Source of the DNA: a bacterium
GTDB taxonomy: Bacteria; RBG-13-61-14; DATKZS01
DNA length: 64,000 nucleotides
Direction of reading: 5' to 3'
NCBI GenBank assembly: GCA_963674965.2
Contig: CAXXFL010000003.1
Span: 128,001 to 192,000 of the forward strand
Shown one piece after another: positions 1 through 10,087 of this stretch; position 1 is the first letter of the stretch; the number at the start of each line of letters is the position of its first letter. A model generated the notes under the pieces. That model had not been told where the DNA came from. It was given only the letters and a program-made list of their open reading frames with translations, and made no database searches. The position numbers and the translations under genes are program-made.

Positions 1-304
1 TAAAGGTCCCGGCCACGTTCTCGGCCTGGAAGCCCCTGGCAATCGCGTCGGGATCGGCCTCCTTGCCGTGGTATCGAAGAGCCATGGCAACGGCGGCGGG
101 ACCGCACTCGTAGGGTTTCTGCTCGATAAAGGGAACGGGCAGGAGCTTGCCCGCCCTCGGGTCCTGCCTTAAAATTTTTCCCGGCTTCGACTCGGCGGCC
201 GCGGGATATGGTTTGTCCACGCCTTCAGCGGCCGCTCCCGACAATAAGGCGGACAGAAAAAAAAGGACGAAAAACGAGGACGCCGTCCTTTCGATCTTAT
301 TCAT
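1..304 (-). CDS. C39-family (papain-like) cysteine peptidase-like secreted protein; C-terminus runs off the window
   Basis: Translated by hand from ATG at 304: MNKIERTASSFFVLFFLSALLSGAAA (signal peptide)...LPVPFIEQKPYECGPAAVAMALRYHG, the VP..Q...CGPA motif of C39-like peptidases. Absent from the ORF track because there is no stop in the window. Confidence 0.75.
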   Translation of the reverse strand, partial: MNKIERTASSFFVLFFLSALLSGAAAEGVDKPYPAAAESKPGKILRQDPRAGKLLPVPFIEQKPYECGPAAVAMALRYHGKEADPDAIARGFQAENVAGTF

Positions 305-323
305 CCGGCCGGCTCCCATCGCC

Positions 324-893
324 TCAGGGCTTTGCCGCCCTTTTCAGCTCGGACGCGGTAAACAGGGACCTGACCTCGAGGCCCTCTTTTTCGATGGCCT
401 CCCGGCCGCCTTCCTCCCGGTCGACCAGGGCGGCCACTCCCACCGCGGCCGCGCCCGCCTCCCTGGCCGCCTCCGCCGCCTGGAGGGCCGAGCCTCCCGT
501 GGTGATCACGTCCTCGAGGATGACGGCGCGGTGACCCGCCTCGAGGCGTCCCTCGACGCGGCGGCCCCTGCCGTGCTCCTTTTTCTCCTTGCGCACGATA
601 AAGCCCATGAGGGGCTTGCCCTCGCGGAAACTCTCGGCGATAACCGAGGCCGTGACCGGGTCGGCGCCCAGGGTCAGGCCTCCCGCCGCGTCCGCGTCCA
701 TGTCCCGGATGAGGTCGAAGAGCAGCTCGCCCACCAGGACCGCGCCCTCGGGATCGAGGGTGGTGGTCCGGCAATCGACGTAGTAGTCGCTCTTCCTGCC
801 GGAGCTGAGCGTGAACTCCCCCAGCTTGAAGGATCGCTCGAGGATGATTTCCATCAGCCTCTTCCTCGCGGCGCCAAGGTCTTTTCTATCCAT
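324..893 (-). CDS. pyrE: Orotate phosphoribosyltransferase
   Basis: GEFTLSSGRKSDYYVD, RKEKKEHG and the PRPP-binding motif ILEDVITTGGS. Start placed at ATG 893. Confidence 0.95.
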   Translation of the reverse strand: MDRKDLGAARKRLMEIILERSFKLGEFTLSSGRKSDYYVDCRTTTLDPEGAVLVGELLFDLIRDMDADAAGGLTLGADPVTASVIAESFREGKPLMGFIVRKEKKEHGRGRRVEGRLEAGHRAVILEDVITTGGSALQAAEAAREAGAAAVGVAALVDREEGGREAIEKEGLEVRSLFTASELKRAAKP

Positions 894-962
894 TTCCGTT
901 CCTTTAAACAAGCGGCCCGCCGTCAATAAAAGCGGCGGCGGGCCGGCTTCGGTCGGGCCGAC

Positions 963-2798
963 TTACTCGACCGTCACGCTTTTGGCCAGGTTCCTGGGCT
1001 GGTCCACGTCCGTCCCGTTCAGGACCGCCACGTGATAGGCCAGGAGCTGGAGCGGAACGGTCAGGAGTATGGTCTCGAGCTCGGGCTCGGTCTCGGGCAC
1101 GACGATTACCTCCTCGGATTTATGTTCCACCTTGTCCTCGTCGCCCGGGTTGACCAGCGATATGATCATCCCGTCCCTGGCGGCCACCTCCTCGAGGTTG
1201 CTGATGAGCTTGTCGAGCATGACGTTGCGGGTTGCCAGCACCACCACCGGCATGCGCTCGTCCACCAGGGCAATGGGACCGTGCTTCAGTTCTCCCGCCG
1301 GATATCCCTCGGCGTGAATGTAGGAAATTTCCTTGAGCTTGAGCGCCCCCTCCAGGGCGATGGGGAAATTGATGCCCCTGCCGAGGAAGAAGAAGCCCGG
1401 CTGCTTGTAAAAACGCCTGGACAAGGCCTCGATCCGGCCGGCCTCCTTTTTCAGGGTTTCCTCCACCAGGGTGGGCACGTGGAGGGCGGCCTCCATTTTC
1501 TTGCGGGCCTCATCCCTGGAAAGCGTTCCCCTGGCGATGGCCCAGTGAAGGGCCAGGAGGTACATGACCAGGAGCTGACAGGTGAAGGCCTTGGTGGAGG
1601 CCACGCCGATCTCCGGTCCCGCCCTCGTGTAAATGACCTCGTCGGACTTGCGAGCGATGCTCGAGTCCATCACGTTGCAGACCGCGATGACCTTGCAGCC
1701 TCGCCTCTTTCCCTCCTCGAGGGCGGCCAGGGTGTCCGCCGTCTCTCCCGACTGGCTGATCAGGATCAACAGGGTGTCGGGTCCGACCAGGGGGTCCCGA
1801 TAGCGGAACTCGCTGGCAATATCCACGCTCACGGGCACTCGAGCCAGTCTCTCGATCATGTAGCGCCCGGCCAGTCCGGCGTGCCATGCCGTGCCGCAGG
1901 CGACGATGGCGGCGTTCTTAAATGAGGCCAGTTCCTCCTTGGACACGGAGAAGTCCTCGAGGGTGATCTCGGCGTCCTCGAGGGATATCCGGCCCGCCAG
2001 GGTGTCGGCCAGGGCCCTTGGCTGCTCGAAAATTTCCTTGAGCATGAAGTGCTTGTAGCCGCCTTTTTCCGCCATGGCCGGCGTCCACTGGATGTCGCGC
2101 GGCTTTTTCTCCAGCGCCTTGCCCTCGGCGTCCTTGACCGCAACCGAGCCGCTGGTGACCACGGCGTACTCGTTGTCCTCCATGACCAGCACCCGCCTGG
2201 TGTGGGCGATAAGGGCGGGCACGTCCGAGGCCACCAGGTTCTCTTCCTCCCCCAGCCCGATGACCAGGGGCGAGGCCACCTTGGCCGCGATGATCTTGTC
2301 CGGCTCGTCGGCCGATATGACCACGATGGTGTAGGCGCCCTTGAGCCTGGCCATGGTCCTGCGCGAGGCCGTCTCGAGGTCGTCGCCGCCTTTCATGTAA
2401 CCGTCGATCAGGTGCGCTATGACCTCGGTGTCGGTCTCCGAGCTGAACCGGCTCCCGTTTCCGATCAGGTCCTTCTTGAGGGCGGCGTAATTCTCGATGA
2501 TCCCGTTATGGACCACGGCCACCTTGTTCACGCTGTGGGGGTGGGCGTTCTCGTCGGAGGGCTTCCCGTGGGTCGCCCACCTGGTGTGACCTATCCCGGC
2601 CTTGCCCGAGACGGGCCGCTCCTGAAGCTCGCGCTCGAGCTCGGAAAGTTTTCCCTTGCAGCGGCGAACGTCCAGTCCGCCGTTCCATATCAGCGCCACT
2701 CCCGCCGAGTCGTAGCCTCGATACTCGAGCCTTTTCAGGCCGTCCATCAGTATCTTGCCGGCGTCTCTTTTACCTATGTAGCCTACTATTCCGCACAT
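963..2798 (-). CDS. glmS: Glutamine--fructose-6-phosphate aminotransferase
   Basis: MCGIVG N-terminus with catalytic Cys, GHTRWATHG, SQSGETADT, ELKHGP and the C-terminal PRNLAKSVTVE. Confidence 0.98.
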   Translation of the reverse strand: MCGIVGYIGKRDAGKILMDGLKRLEYRGYDSAGVALIWNGGLDVRRCKGKLSELERELQERPVSGKAGIGHTRWATHGKPSDENAHPHSVNKVAVVHNGIIENYAALKKDLIGNGSRFSSETDTEVIAHLIDGYMKGGDDLETASRRTMARLKGAYTIVVISADEPDKIIAAKVASPLVIGLGEEENLVASDVPALIAHTRRVLVMEDNEYAVVTSGSVAVKDAEGKALEKKPRDIQWTPAMAEKGGYKHFMLKEIFEQPRALADTLAGRISLEDAEITLEDFSVSKEELASFKNAAIVACGTAWHAGLAGRYMIERLARVPVSVDIASEFRYRDPLVGPDTLLILISQSGETADTLAALEEGKRRGCKVIAVCNVMDSSIARKSDEVIYTRAGPEIGVASTKAFTCQLLVMYLLALHWAIARGTLSRDEARKKMEAALHVPTLVEETLKKEAGRIEALSRRFYKQPGFFFLGRGINFPIALEGALKLKEISYIHAEGYPAGELKHGPIALVDERMPVVVLATRNVMLDKLISNLEEVAARDGMIISLVNPGDEDKVEHKSEEVIVVPETEPELETILLTVPLQLLAYHVAVLNGTDVDQPRNLAKSVTVE

Positions 2799-2911
2799 GC
2801 CTTTATTACTCCAGTCGGTCCGGGCCATCCATCTTCGGACCCGGCCAAGAAAAAGCGGCGGCTCGATTTTTCAACCCGGAAAACCCTCTCCGCCCCGCTT
2901 TATGACTTCCC

Positions 2912-4318
2912 CTAGCGCTTTTTGTTTCCCTTTTTCTTCTTCCGGGCGGCCCGCTTTTTCGCGGCCCATCCCTCCTTGACGGTGGTGGGCGGACGGGTCA
3001 TGACCAGGGAGTCGGCGGGCACGTCCCTCGTTACGGTCGACCCGCTTCCAATATAAGCCCCGTCTCCTATCTTGACCGGGGCCACCGCCTGGGTGTCGGA
3101 ACCGATGAAAACCCCGTCGCCGATTATGGTCTTGTGCTTGTTCACGCCGTCGTAGTTGCAGGTGATAAAGCCGCAACCCACGTTGACTTCGCTTCCCACC
3201 TCGGCGTCCCCGCAATAGGTGAGATGGCTGAGCTTCGAGCCCTTCCCGATGACGGCCTTTTTCGTCTCCACGAAGTTGCCTATGCGGGCGTCGGGACCGA
3301 TCACGGAGCCGGGCCGGAGGTGGGCCATGGGCCCGATCTGAACTCCGTCGCCCACCTTGCTTTGCTCGAGCGCCGAGCCCGACTTGACCGTGACCCCCCG
3401 GCCGATGACGCAGTCCTCGATCCTCGAGTTCATCTGGATCACGCAGTTGGGACCGATGACCGTGCGGCCGGACAGCCGGGCTCCCGGCTCGATGACCGTG
3501 TCCGGCCCGATGGTTACGCCCGGCTCGACGTGGGTGGTCTCCGGGCACTCGAAGGTCACTCCCTTTTTCGCCAGGTCCGCGATGACCCTGAGCCTCATCA
3601 CCCCGGCGGCGGCGGCCAGGTCCATCCGGTCGTTCACGCCCATTATTTCCTCGGCGTCCTTCACCGTCGAGGAGGCGACTTTTTGCCCGCTCTCGACGGC
3701 CATGGCCAGGAGATCGGTAAGATAATATTCGCCCTGCTTGTTGTTATTGGTCAGACCCCGAAGCGACTTCCGGAGGAACCCGTCCTCGAAAACGTAGACG
3801 CCGGGGTTCATCTCATGTATGAGCCTTTGATCGGCGGTGCAGTCCTTGTGCTCGACTATGGCCCTGACCTCTCCCTTTTCGTCTCTGACGATCCTGCCGT
3901 AGCCGCCGCAATCGTCCAGGACGGCGGTCAAGAGGCTCATGGCGGCGCGTTTCCTCCGATGGGCGCTTATAAGGTCCTTGATCGTCTCGGGACGAAGGAG
4001 GGGGCAGTCGCCGTAAAAGACCGCCACGTCTCCCTTGAACCCCTTCAGCGCGGGCATGGCCGCCATAACCGCGTGTCCCGTGCCCAGTCGTTCCCGCTGG
4101 AGGGCGAATAAAACCTCGTCCTTTTCCAGTTCCTTTTTGACCCGTTCCGCCTGGACCCCAATCACCACGACCGTCATCTCGGCCTTGAGGGACCTGGCCG
4201 TCTCGATCGAGTATTTAATCAGTGGTTTACCCAGCAGTGGGTGCAGGACCTTGGCCAGGCCCGACTTCATTCGGGTCCCTTGTCCGGCGGCCAGTATTAC
4301 CGCGGCCAGTTTTTTCAT
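2912..4318 (-). CDS. glmU: Bifunctional UDP-GlcNAc pyrophosphorylase / glucosamine-1-phosphate acetyltransferase
   Basis: LAAGQGTRMKS, LGTGHAV, EYYLTD, hexapeptide repeats, GNFVETK and CNYDG. Adjacent to glmS. Confidence 0.98.
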   Translation of the reverse strand: MKKLAAVILAAGQGTRMKSGLAKVLHPLLGKPLIKYSIETARSLKAEMTVVVIGVQAERVKKELEKDEVLFALQRERLGTGHAVMAAMPALKGFKGDVAVFYGDCPLLRPETIKDLISAHRRKRAAMSLLTAVLDDCGGYGRIVRDEKGEVRAIVEHKDCTADQRLIHEMNPGVYVFEDGFLRKSLRGLTNNNKQGEYYLTDLLAMAVESGQKVASSTVKDAEEIMGVNDRMDLAAAAGVMRLRVIADLAKKGVTFECPETTHVEPGVTIGPDTVIEPGARLSGRTVIGPNCVIQMNSRIEDCVIGRGVTVKSGSALEQSKVGDGVQIGPMAHLRPGSVIGPDARIGNFVETKKAVIGKGSKLSHLTYCGDAEVGSEVNVGCGFITCNYDGVNKHKTIIGDGVFIGSDTQAVAPVKIGDGAYIGSGSTVTRDVPADSLVMTRPPTTVKEGWAAKKRAARKKKKGNKKR

Positions 4319-4509
4319 TTATCCAGCTTACCTCCACCTTCGGCTTAATGCAGTATAATATAGAGACCGGTCTTTTCCAACGGGGCAAAACAAGCGCGAG
4401 GCCCGGCTTGTCATTTTCCAAGCCTTCGGTTAACTTGTTGTATGCGTTCCCAAACGACCTTATGGATGGCGCGGGCGGGCTATACAAAGGGGAAGATGGA
4501 GGGACGAAA

Positions 4510-5397
4510 ATGAAGAGGATTTTATTGGTTGTTCTTGCCGCGGCCCTATTCGCGCCCTTGGGCGCTACGCCTGGCGGGGGGGAGAGTTGCGACGCCCTGG
4601 TGGCCGAGTCTGAAAAGCTGTGGATGAATAACGACTTCGACGCCAGTGACCGGAAGATCGAGGAGGCCATGAAGATTTGTCCGGGGCGGGCGGAGCTTTA
4701 CTGGCGCAAGGCCAGGAACGAGTTCGACCGCATCGAGACCATGCCCCGCGACAAGAAGCCCCCCAAGGAGGAACTGGTCAAGCGGTACGAGGGCATGGAG
4801 GAACTGGCGCTAAAATGCATGGAACTGGAGCCGGACAACGGCGACTGTTACCTTTGGAAGAGCGTGGGCCAGGGAAGGCGCGGCACGACCCAGGGCATTC
4901 TCAGCTCGCTGGGGGAGATCAAGTCGCTCGAGAAAAACCTTCTCAAGGCGGAGGAGTTGGCGCCCACCTACAGGTCTGAGGACGGGGCGGCCAACTCGCT
5001 GGGCGACATATACAACGCCCTTGGCCAGTATTACAGGGTGCTTCCCGAGTGGCTGTGCGTATTCGGGCTGAAACAGATTTTCGGCTCCTGCGGCGACCTG
5101 GAGAAGTCGGTCGAGTACCAGCGCAAGGCCGCGGCCCGGGAGCCTCAAAGAATAGAATACGCCAAGGAACTGGGCGTCAGTCTCATATGTTACGGCCAGA
5201 AGCGAGACGAGCCCGACAAAATAGAGGAGGGCAAGAAAATCCTCAAGGCCCTCCAGGATTATCCCGAGATAAAGTCTTACGACAAGATAGACAAGGAACA
5301 ATCGTTAATGGTGGCGGCTGACCCGTCCCTGGCCTGCGGCTACAGCAGGGACGCCCAGCAGGAACAGAGCAAGGACGCTTACGACAAGCAAAAATAG
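4510..5397 (+). CDS. Secreted TPR-like protein (RMDN/TatT-like helical repeat)
   Basis: Signal peptide MKRILLVVLAAALFAPLGA. Helical repeats AELYWRKAR, LEPDNGDCYLW and KAEELAP, with several Cys. Confidence 0.65.
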   Translation: MKRILLVVLAAALFAPLGATPGGGESCDALVAESEKLWMNNDFDASDRKIEEAMKICPGRAELYWRKARNEFDRIETMPRDKKPPKEELVKRYEGMEELALKCMELEPDNGDCYLWKSVGQGRRGTTQGILSSLGEIKSLEKNLLKAEELAPTYRSEDGAANSLGDIYNALGQYYRVLPEWLCVFGLKQIFGSCGDLEKSVEYQRKAAAREPQRIEYAKELGVSLICYGQKRDEPDKIEEGKKILKALQDYPEIKSYDKIDKEQSLMVAADPSLACGYSRDAQQEQSKDAYDKQK

Positions 5398-5540
5398 TCG
5401 TTTGGATATTTTCCAGCCTTGAGCGCCGGGGCCGGTCCCGGCGCTCGAAACAGTAAACGCTTCAAGACGGCGGGTCGCGTCCGGGCGAGTGGAACGTCCG
5501 GCGGGGAGAGGCCGCGTCTCGAGGAGACCGGGGAGGAGAA

Positions 5541-8500
5541 ATGCGGGGTAAAAGACTGTGGCTCGCGGCGGCCCTATTGGCGCCGGCGATCCTGGCGGCG
5601 GGATGCGTCAAGCAGGCGGTGATGCTTCAAAAGGGGAAGGACTGCCCCTACAAGGTTTACGTAATCCTCGGTTTTCACGCCAACATGTACCACTCCTGGA
5701 GGGGAGACACTCCCGACGAGGCCGGCTTTGGCACTGATATCAGGATCGTGCGCGAGATAATCAGGATGCTCGACGAGGCCAACGCCCGGGGCCTGGACGC
5801 CCGCGGTTACTGGGAGGGCGAGAACCTTTTCACCTGGGAGGACATAGTCAGGAAGAACGCGCCGGATATAATCGAGGATATCAGGCGGCGGGTGGATGAC
5901 GGTCTTGACGAGGTGGCGCCGGCCCCCTACAGCAACACGGTTTTCTCGGGGGTCACCGAGGAGGAGATGAGGGCCGTGCTCAGGTGGTCGATCACGAACC
6001 CGAGAGGATCGGGCGTAAAGGACCTTTTCGGCGATTACGCTCCTCTTCTCAGGCCCCAGGAGGGCATGTACGCCACGGGGCAGATACCCATACTCAAGGA
6101 GGAGGGGATCGAGGGGCTGATACTGGCCTACTCTTCCTATCCCTTTACCACCTTCACCAATTTCGTGGCCCCCCTTCCTCCCGAGCAAAGGTACAACCCC
6201 ACCTGGATGCGGGACGCGGACGGGGGCGATAAAATCCTTCTTTTCCCCTGCGTGTCGGCGGGCGACGTGGTGGATTTCATCTCCCTCGAGCGCTGGATGC
6301 TCGACCTTCGCGAGATGCAGGTAAGCGGCGAGGTCAACCGCGACATGGTCATCCACTTCAACTTCGACGCCGACGCCGAGACCTGGCTGCCCATGCTGGG
6401 CGAGGCCCTGGGCTTTATTCCCAACGCCGGCGGGCTGCCCGAGTATATCAAGTACGTCAACAAGTACGACTGGGCGGAGTTCTCCACGCCGGGGGAATAC
6501 GTGGCTAGCCACGAGCCGGTGGGAGAGGTCATGATCCGCCAGGACCTGGCCGACGGCGCCTGGGACGGATACTATTCTTGGTTCGAGAAGTACCCCAGCC
6601 ACGTGATATGGACCGCCCTCGAGAAGTCCAGGCTCTACGCCGCGTGGAAGCGGGCCCTCAAGGGAGAAAACGACCAAAAGAGCGTTGACGAGCTGATGGA
6701 GGACAAGGACTCCGGGTTCAGTCTCCGGGTGGCCGGGCTCTCGACCACGCACTTCGGCATGAGCACTCCCATGGTCAACGAGGAAAGGCAGGCCGCGGCC
6801 ATGGACATAGTGGACCGGGCCCAGGCGGTCGAGAAAAAAGCCCTTGCGGCGGAGGCCGGGGAAAGAAAGGACCACGAGGCGCCTCCGGAAACGCTTTACT
6901 CCTTTCTCATCAAGGACCACCGGACCGAGGGCGAGAGGACGTTCAGCCTGAACCGCCTTCCCGTTATCCTGCCCGAGACTTCATCCGGCCTTTGTCTTAT
7001 GGACGGGTCGGGCGAGAAGAGGAGTTACTCCCTGGTCAACCTCGAGGAGCTTCCGGACGGACGGCTGGCGGCCGAGCTTCTGGTCCCCCTCGAGCTGGCC
7101 CCCCTGGAGGAAGTCAGACTGCGCCTTAACCGGACGCGCTCGCTCGATTCCGCGCCCGCGGGGTTGTCCTCCCGTCCGGTATATCGGGACCGCCTGAAAA
7201 ACGGCCGCGTAGAGATCATATTCGACGAGCAAACGGGAATATCTCATCTTGGCCTGGACGGCGTCGAGATAGGCGGCCCGGACTTTCTCACGCCCTTTAT
7301 CACCTACAGGTCGGAGAAGAAGCCGGCCACCTATGAAGGGAAGGGCTGGAAGATCGAGTCCGAGTCGGGCGAGACCTGGCAAGACCTTGAAAGGACGCGC
7401 CTTACGGCGTCCATCCCCTTCGATACGCCCGACGGCGGGGCATGCGTCGCGCTCGAGGTCGAGTTCACGGCCGTCAAGGACAAGCCCTGGCTCATCGCCG
7501 ACGTCTCGGTCGATTACCCTTACACCACCAAGCGCGACCTTCTTCATACCATGCAGCAGAAGCTGAGGAGATATCTCGACCTTCGGTGGGTCGAGGTCGC
7601 GCCCTTCGAGCTTAGGCCCGCGCTCGATAGCGACCTGGCCGACCCCGTCAGGGTTTGGAAACACAACTGGCTCGGCGTGACGAGCTATTACGACGTGGAC
7701 TACGCGGATATCAACCGCAAAAACGCGGAGCTCGATTCCTTCAACCACCAGGTAACCGCGGGATGGGTGGCGGTCACCGACAAGAAGAAAGGGTTATTGC
7801 TGTCGCAAAGCGCCGAGGCCCTTTCGTCCTGCGCCTTCTGCCCCATGAGAACGAGGATGGAAGGGAGCGCCCAGACCCTCCGGCTGAACCCCTTTGGCAG
7901 CTATCACGGCGAGCAAATGGACTACTCCCACATGGGCGGCAACGGCCTGGGCACGGACATCACGATGATAGCCGGTCCGGCCCTTCGCCCGAACGGTCCC
8001 TCTTACAACGGCATGAAGGAGGAGTTCTCGCTGATGCTGGCGCCTTACGCGGGCGACGCTCCCCCCGAGGAGCTCCAGGCCGAGGCCATGGCCTTTTTTC
8101 ATCCGCCGGCGGCTTTATATCTTAAGACGCCCGAGGGAGTCGAGGCATCCGTAAAGGAGGACGTCGAGGCGGCCGTTCATGAAGCCAGGAGGAGGGGCAG
8201 GCTTTCCGATCCCGGTCCCTTGCCCGCGCCCCTGGCCTTTCTGGTCAATCCCACGGAAGAGGCCGCGCACGTGGTATGGGACGAGCCGGAGGACCCCCGC
8301 GTCGAGGGGTACGAGGTCCAGTACCGGGCGGCCGGTGAGCCGGAATGGAAATCGGAAACCGCGGGCCGGGACAGGAGGCTTCAGGTGGCCGATCTCGAGA
8401 ACGGCCGAAAATACGAGTTCCGCGCCCGCTCGGTGGGAACGGGCAAGCAAAGCGAATGGACCGAGTCCCAGATTTGCGAGATCGGTCCCGTGCCGGAGGG

Positions 8501-8600
8501 CGGCATCCTGGATATCGCCTCCGGGGCCAGCCCCAAGCTGGCCTTGAAGACGCTCTATTACATGAACGTTCATTTCCTGACCACGCCGAAAAAGCCCTGA
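5541..8600 (+). CDS. Large lipoprotein: GH38/GH57-like (deacetylase-type barrel) N-terminal domain, beta-sandwich region, C-terminal fibronectin type III domain
   Basis: Lipobox LAAGC. N-terminal GFHANMYHSW and FNFDADAETW resemble glycoside hydrolase/deacetylase barrels. FN3 motif VVWDEP...GYEVQYR...LENGRKYEFRARSV...SEWT. Confidence 0.6.
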   Translation: MRGKRLWLAAALLAPAILAAGCVKQAVMLQKGKDCPYKVYVILGFHANMYHSWRGDTPDEAGFGTDIRIVREIIRMLDEANARGLDARGYWEGENLFTWEDIVRKNAPDIIEDIRRRVDDGLDEVAPAPYSNTVFSGVTEEEMRAVLRWSITNPRGSGVKDLFGDYAPLLRPQEGMYATGQIPILKEEGIEGLILAYSSYPFTTFTNFVAPLPPEQRYNPTWMRDADGGDKILLFPCVSAGDVVDFISLERWMLDLREMQVSGEVNRDMVIHFNFDADAETWLPMLGEALGFIPNAGGLPEYIKYVNKYDWAEFSTPGEYVASHEPVGEVMIRQDLADGAWDGYYSWFEKYPSHVIWTALEKSRLYAAWKRALKGENDQKSVDELMEDKDSGFSLRVAGLSTTHFGMSTPMVNEERQAAAMDIVDRAQAVEKKALAAEAGERKDHEAPPETLYSFLIKDHRTEGERTFSLNRLPVILPETSSGLCLMDGSGEKRSYSLVNLEELPDGRLAAELLVPLELAPLEEVRLRLNRTRSLDSAPAGLSSRPVYRDRLKNGRVEIIFDEQTGISHLGLDGVEIGGPDFLTPFITYRSEKKPATYEGKGWKIESESGETWQDLERTRLTASIPFDTPDGGACVALEVEFTAVKDKPWLIADVSVDYPYTTKRDLLHTMQQKLRRYLDLRWVEVAPFELRPALDSDLADPVRVWKHNWLGVTSYYDVDYADINRKNAELDSFNHQVTAGWVAVTDKKKGLLLSQSAEALSSCAFCPMRTRMEGSAQTLRLNPFGSYHGEQMDYSHMGGNGLGTDITMIAGPALRPNGPSYNGMKEEFSLMLAPYAGDAPPEELQAEAMAFFHPPAALYLKTPEGVEASVKEDVEAAVHEARRRGRLSDPGPLPAPLAFLVNPTEEAAHVVWDEPEDPRVEGYEVQYRAAGEPEWKSETAGRDRRLQVADLENGRKYEFRARSVGTGKQSEWTESQICEIGPVPEGGILDIASGASPKLALKTLYYMNVHFLTTPKKP

Positions 8601-8611
8601 GCGAGGAATAG

Positions 8612-10075
8612 ATGACGAAATCCAAAACGGTAAAGTGGATAGGCCTGGCCTTTTTGGGCACGATTGCCTGCCTCGCCTTCGCGGTCCCGACGCTCGGGGG
8701 GGCGGGCGCGCCGGAGGATTACCCCGAATACGGGCTGACCTCCATCTTCAGGGACGATTTCCCCTTTATCATTCCAAAGGGACTGCCCAGCCAGGTGTCC
8801 CTGCCTCCTCCCAGGAGGGGATGCGGCGTGAAGCTTTTATGCACGGGCTACGACGCTCACGAGGCCCGTCTTCGCGCGCTGAAGGACTCGAGGCGCTCGG
8901 TGCGCGTGCAGACCTACATCTTCACGGGGGACGAGGCGGGCAAGGACATGGCGAGAAGGCTGAGGCGAAAGCGCCGCCTGGGCCTTGACGTCCGGCTTAT
9001 CGTGGACGCCTATACCAAGTTCAAGGCGGCCGACAGGAGGGTTTACGCGGACCTCGAGCTGAACGGGGTGGAGGTGATGGGCTTCGAGCCGATATATCTT
9101 TTGGGCAAGGCCGTCGGCAAGCCTCTCAGCGTGGAGGACGTTAACATGCGCTTTCATGAGAAGTACTGGGTGGTTGACGACGTGGTGGCCTTTATGGGCG
9201 GGACCAACGTCGCCAACGAGTACTTCCGCTACGGCGACGCGCCCGAGGACCAGTGGCGGGACCAGGACGTGATGCTCACGGGCCAGGTGGTGGCCGACGT
9301 GGCCCGGGCCTTTGACGAGAACTACGAGTATTTCAAGGAAAGGAGGGAGCGCCGCCTTCCGACCAACCGTTTCGCGGACTGGGCCCGTCTGTGGTGGAAG
9401 ATCAGCAAGGACTCGCCCATCCCGCTTGACGACCTTGTCCGTCCCCTCGAGATAGACCCCTCGTCGGAGGAGATGGACGACGACTCGGCGGCGGTAAGGT
9501 TCATCCGCCACCGTCCCCGCATGGGGGAGGATTATATTTACCAGGCTTACCTCCACCTGCTGGGAGCGGCGGAGGAAAGCATTATTATCGAGAACGCCTA
9601 CTTCGTGCCCAACCGCGCCCTTATCAACACCCTGATCGAGGCCAGGGAGAGGGACGTCCGGGTGGTGGTGATTACCAACTCGGAGGCGACCAACGACGTC
9701 TCCGGCATGCAGCCCCTCAGCCGTTACGTCTACCTTCCCCTCATCGAGGCCGGCGTCGAGGTTTACGAGTGGCGGGGCCTCCCCGGCAACGTCGGCTCCG
9801 GCAGCCTTCACGCCAAGTGCGCCGTCATCGACGGAAGGGTCTCGGTGGTGGGCTCGTTCAACCTGGACCCGAGGAGCGTCAAGCTGAACTCGGAAAGCGT
9901 GGCGCTCATCGACTCGGAGAAGGTCGCCTCCTCCCTGGCTTCATACATCGAGAATTCCGACCTGCCCGACTCGGACCGGATAGGCCTGGAAAAGGCCAGG
10001 GAGTGGAGAAACCCCAAGAAGGCGGGCGATCAGTTAAAGCTCATGTTCGGCATGACCCTGGAGGACTGGTATTGA
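8612..10075 (+). CDS. Phospholipase D / cardiolipin synthase-like protein
   Basis: Two HKD motifs (HEKYWVVD...GGTN and HAKCAVID...GSFN), WRDQD, NAYFVP and an N-terminal signal or anchor. Confidence 0.9.
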   Translation: MTKSKTVKWIGLAFLGTIACLAFAVPTLGGAGAPEDYPEYGLTSIFRDDFPFIIPKGLPSQVSLPPPRRGCGVKLLCTGYDAHEARLRALKDSRRSVRVQTYIFTGDEAGKDMARRLRRKRRLGLDVRLIVDAYTKFKAADRRVYADLELNGVEVMGFEPIYLLGKAVGKPLSVEDVNMRFHEKYWVVDDVVAFMGGTNVANEYFRYGDAPEDQWRDQDVMLTGQVVADVARAFDENYEYFKERRERRLPTNRFADWARLWWKISKDSPIPLDDLVRPLEIDPSSEEMDDDSAAVRFIRHRPRMGEDYIYQAYLHLLGAAEESIIIENAYFVPNRALINTLIEARERDVRVVVITNSEATNDVSGMQPLSRYVYLPLIEAGVEVYEWRGLPGNVGSGSLHAKCAVIDGRVSVVGSFNLDPRSVKLNSESVALIDSEKVASSLASYIENSDLPDSDRIGLEKAREWRNPKKAGDQLKLMFGMTLEDWY

Positions 10076-10087
10076 TTTTGGAGGCGG

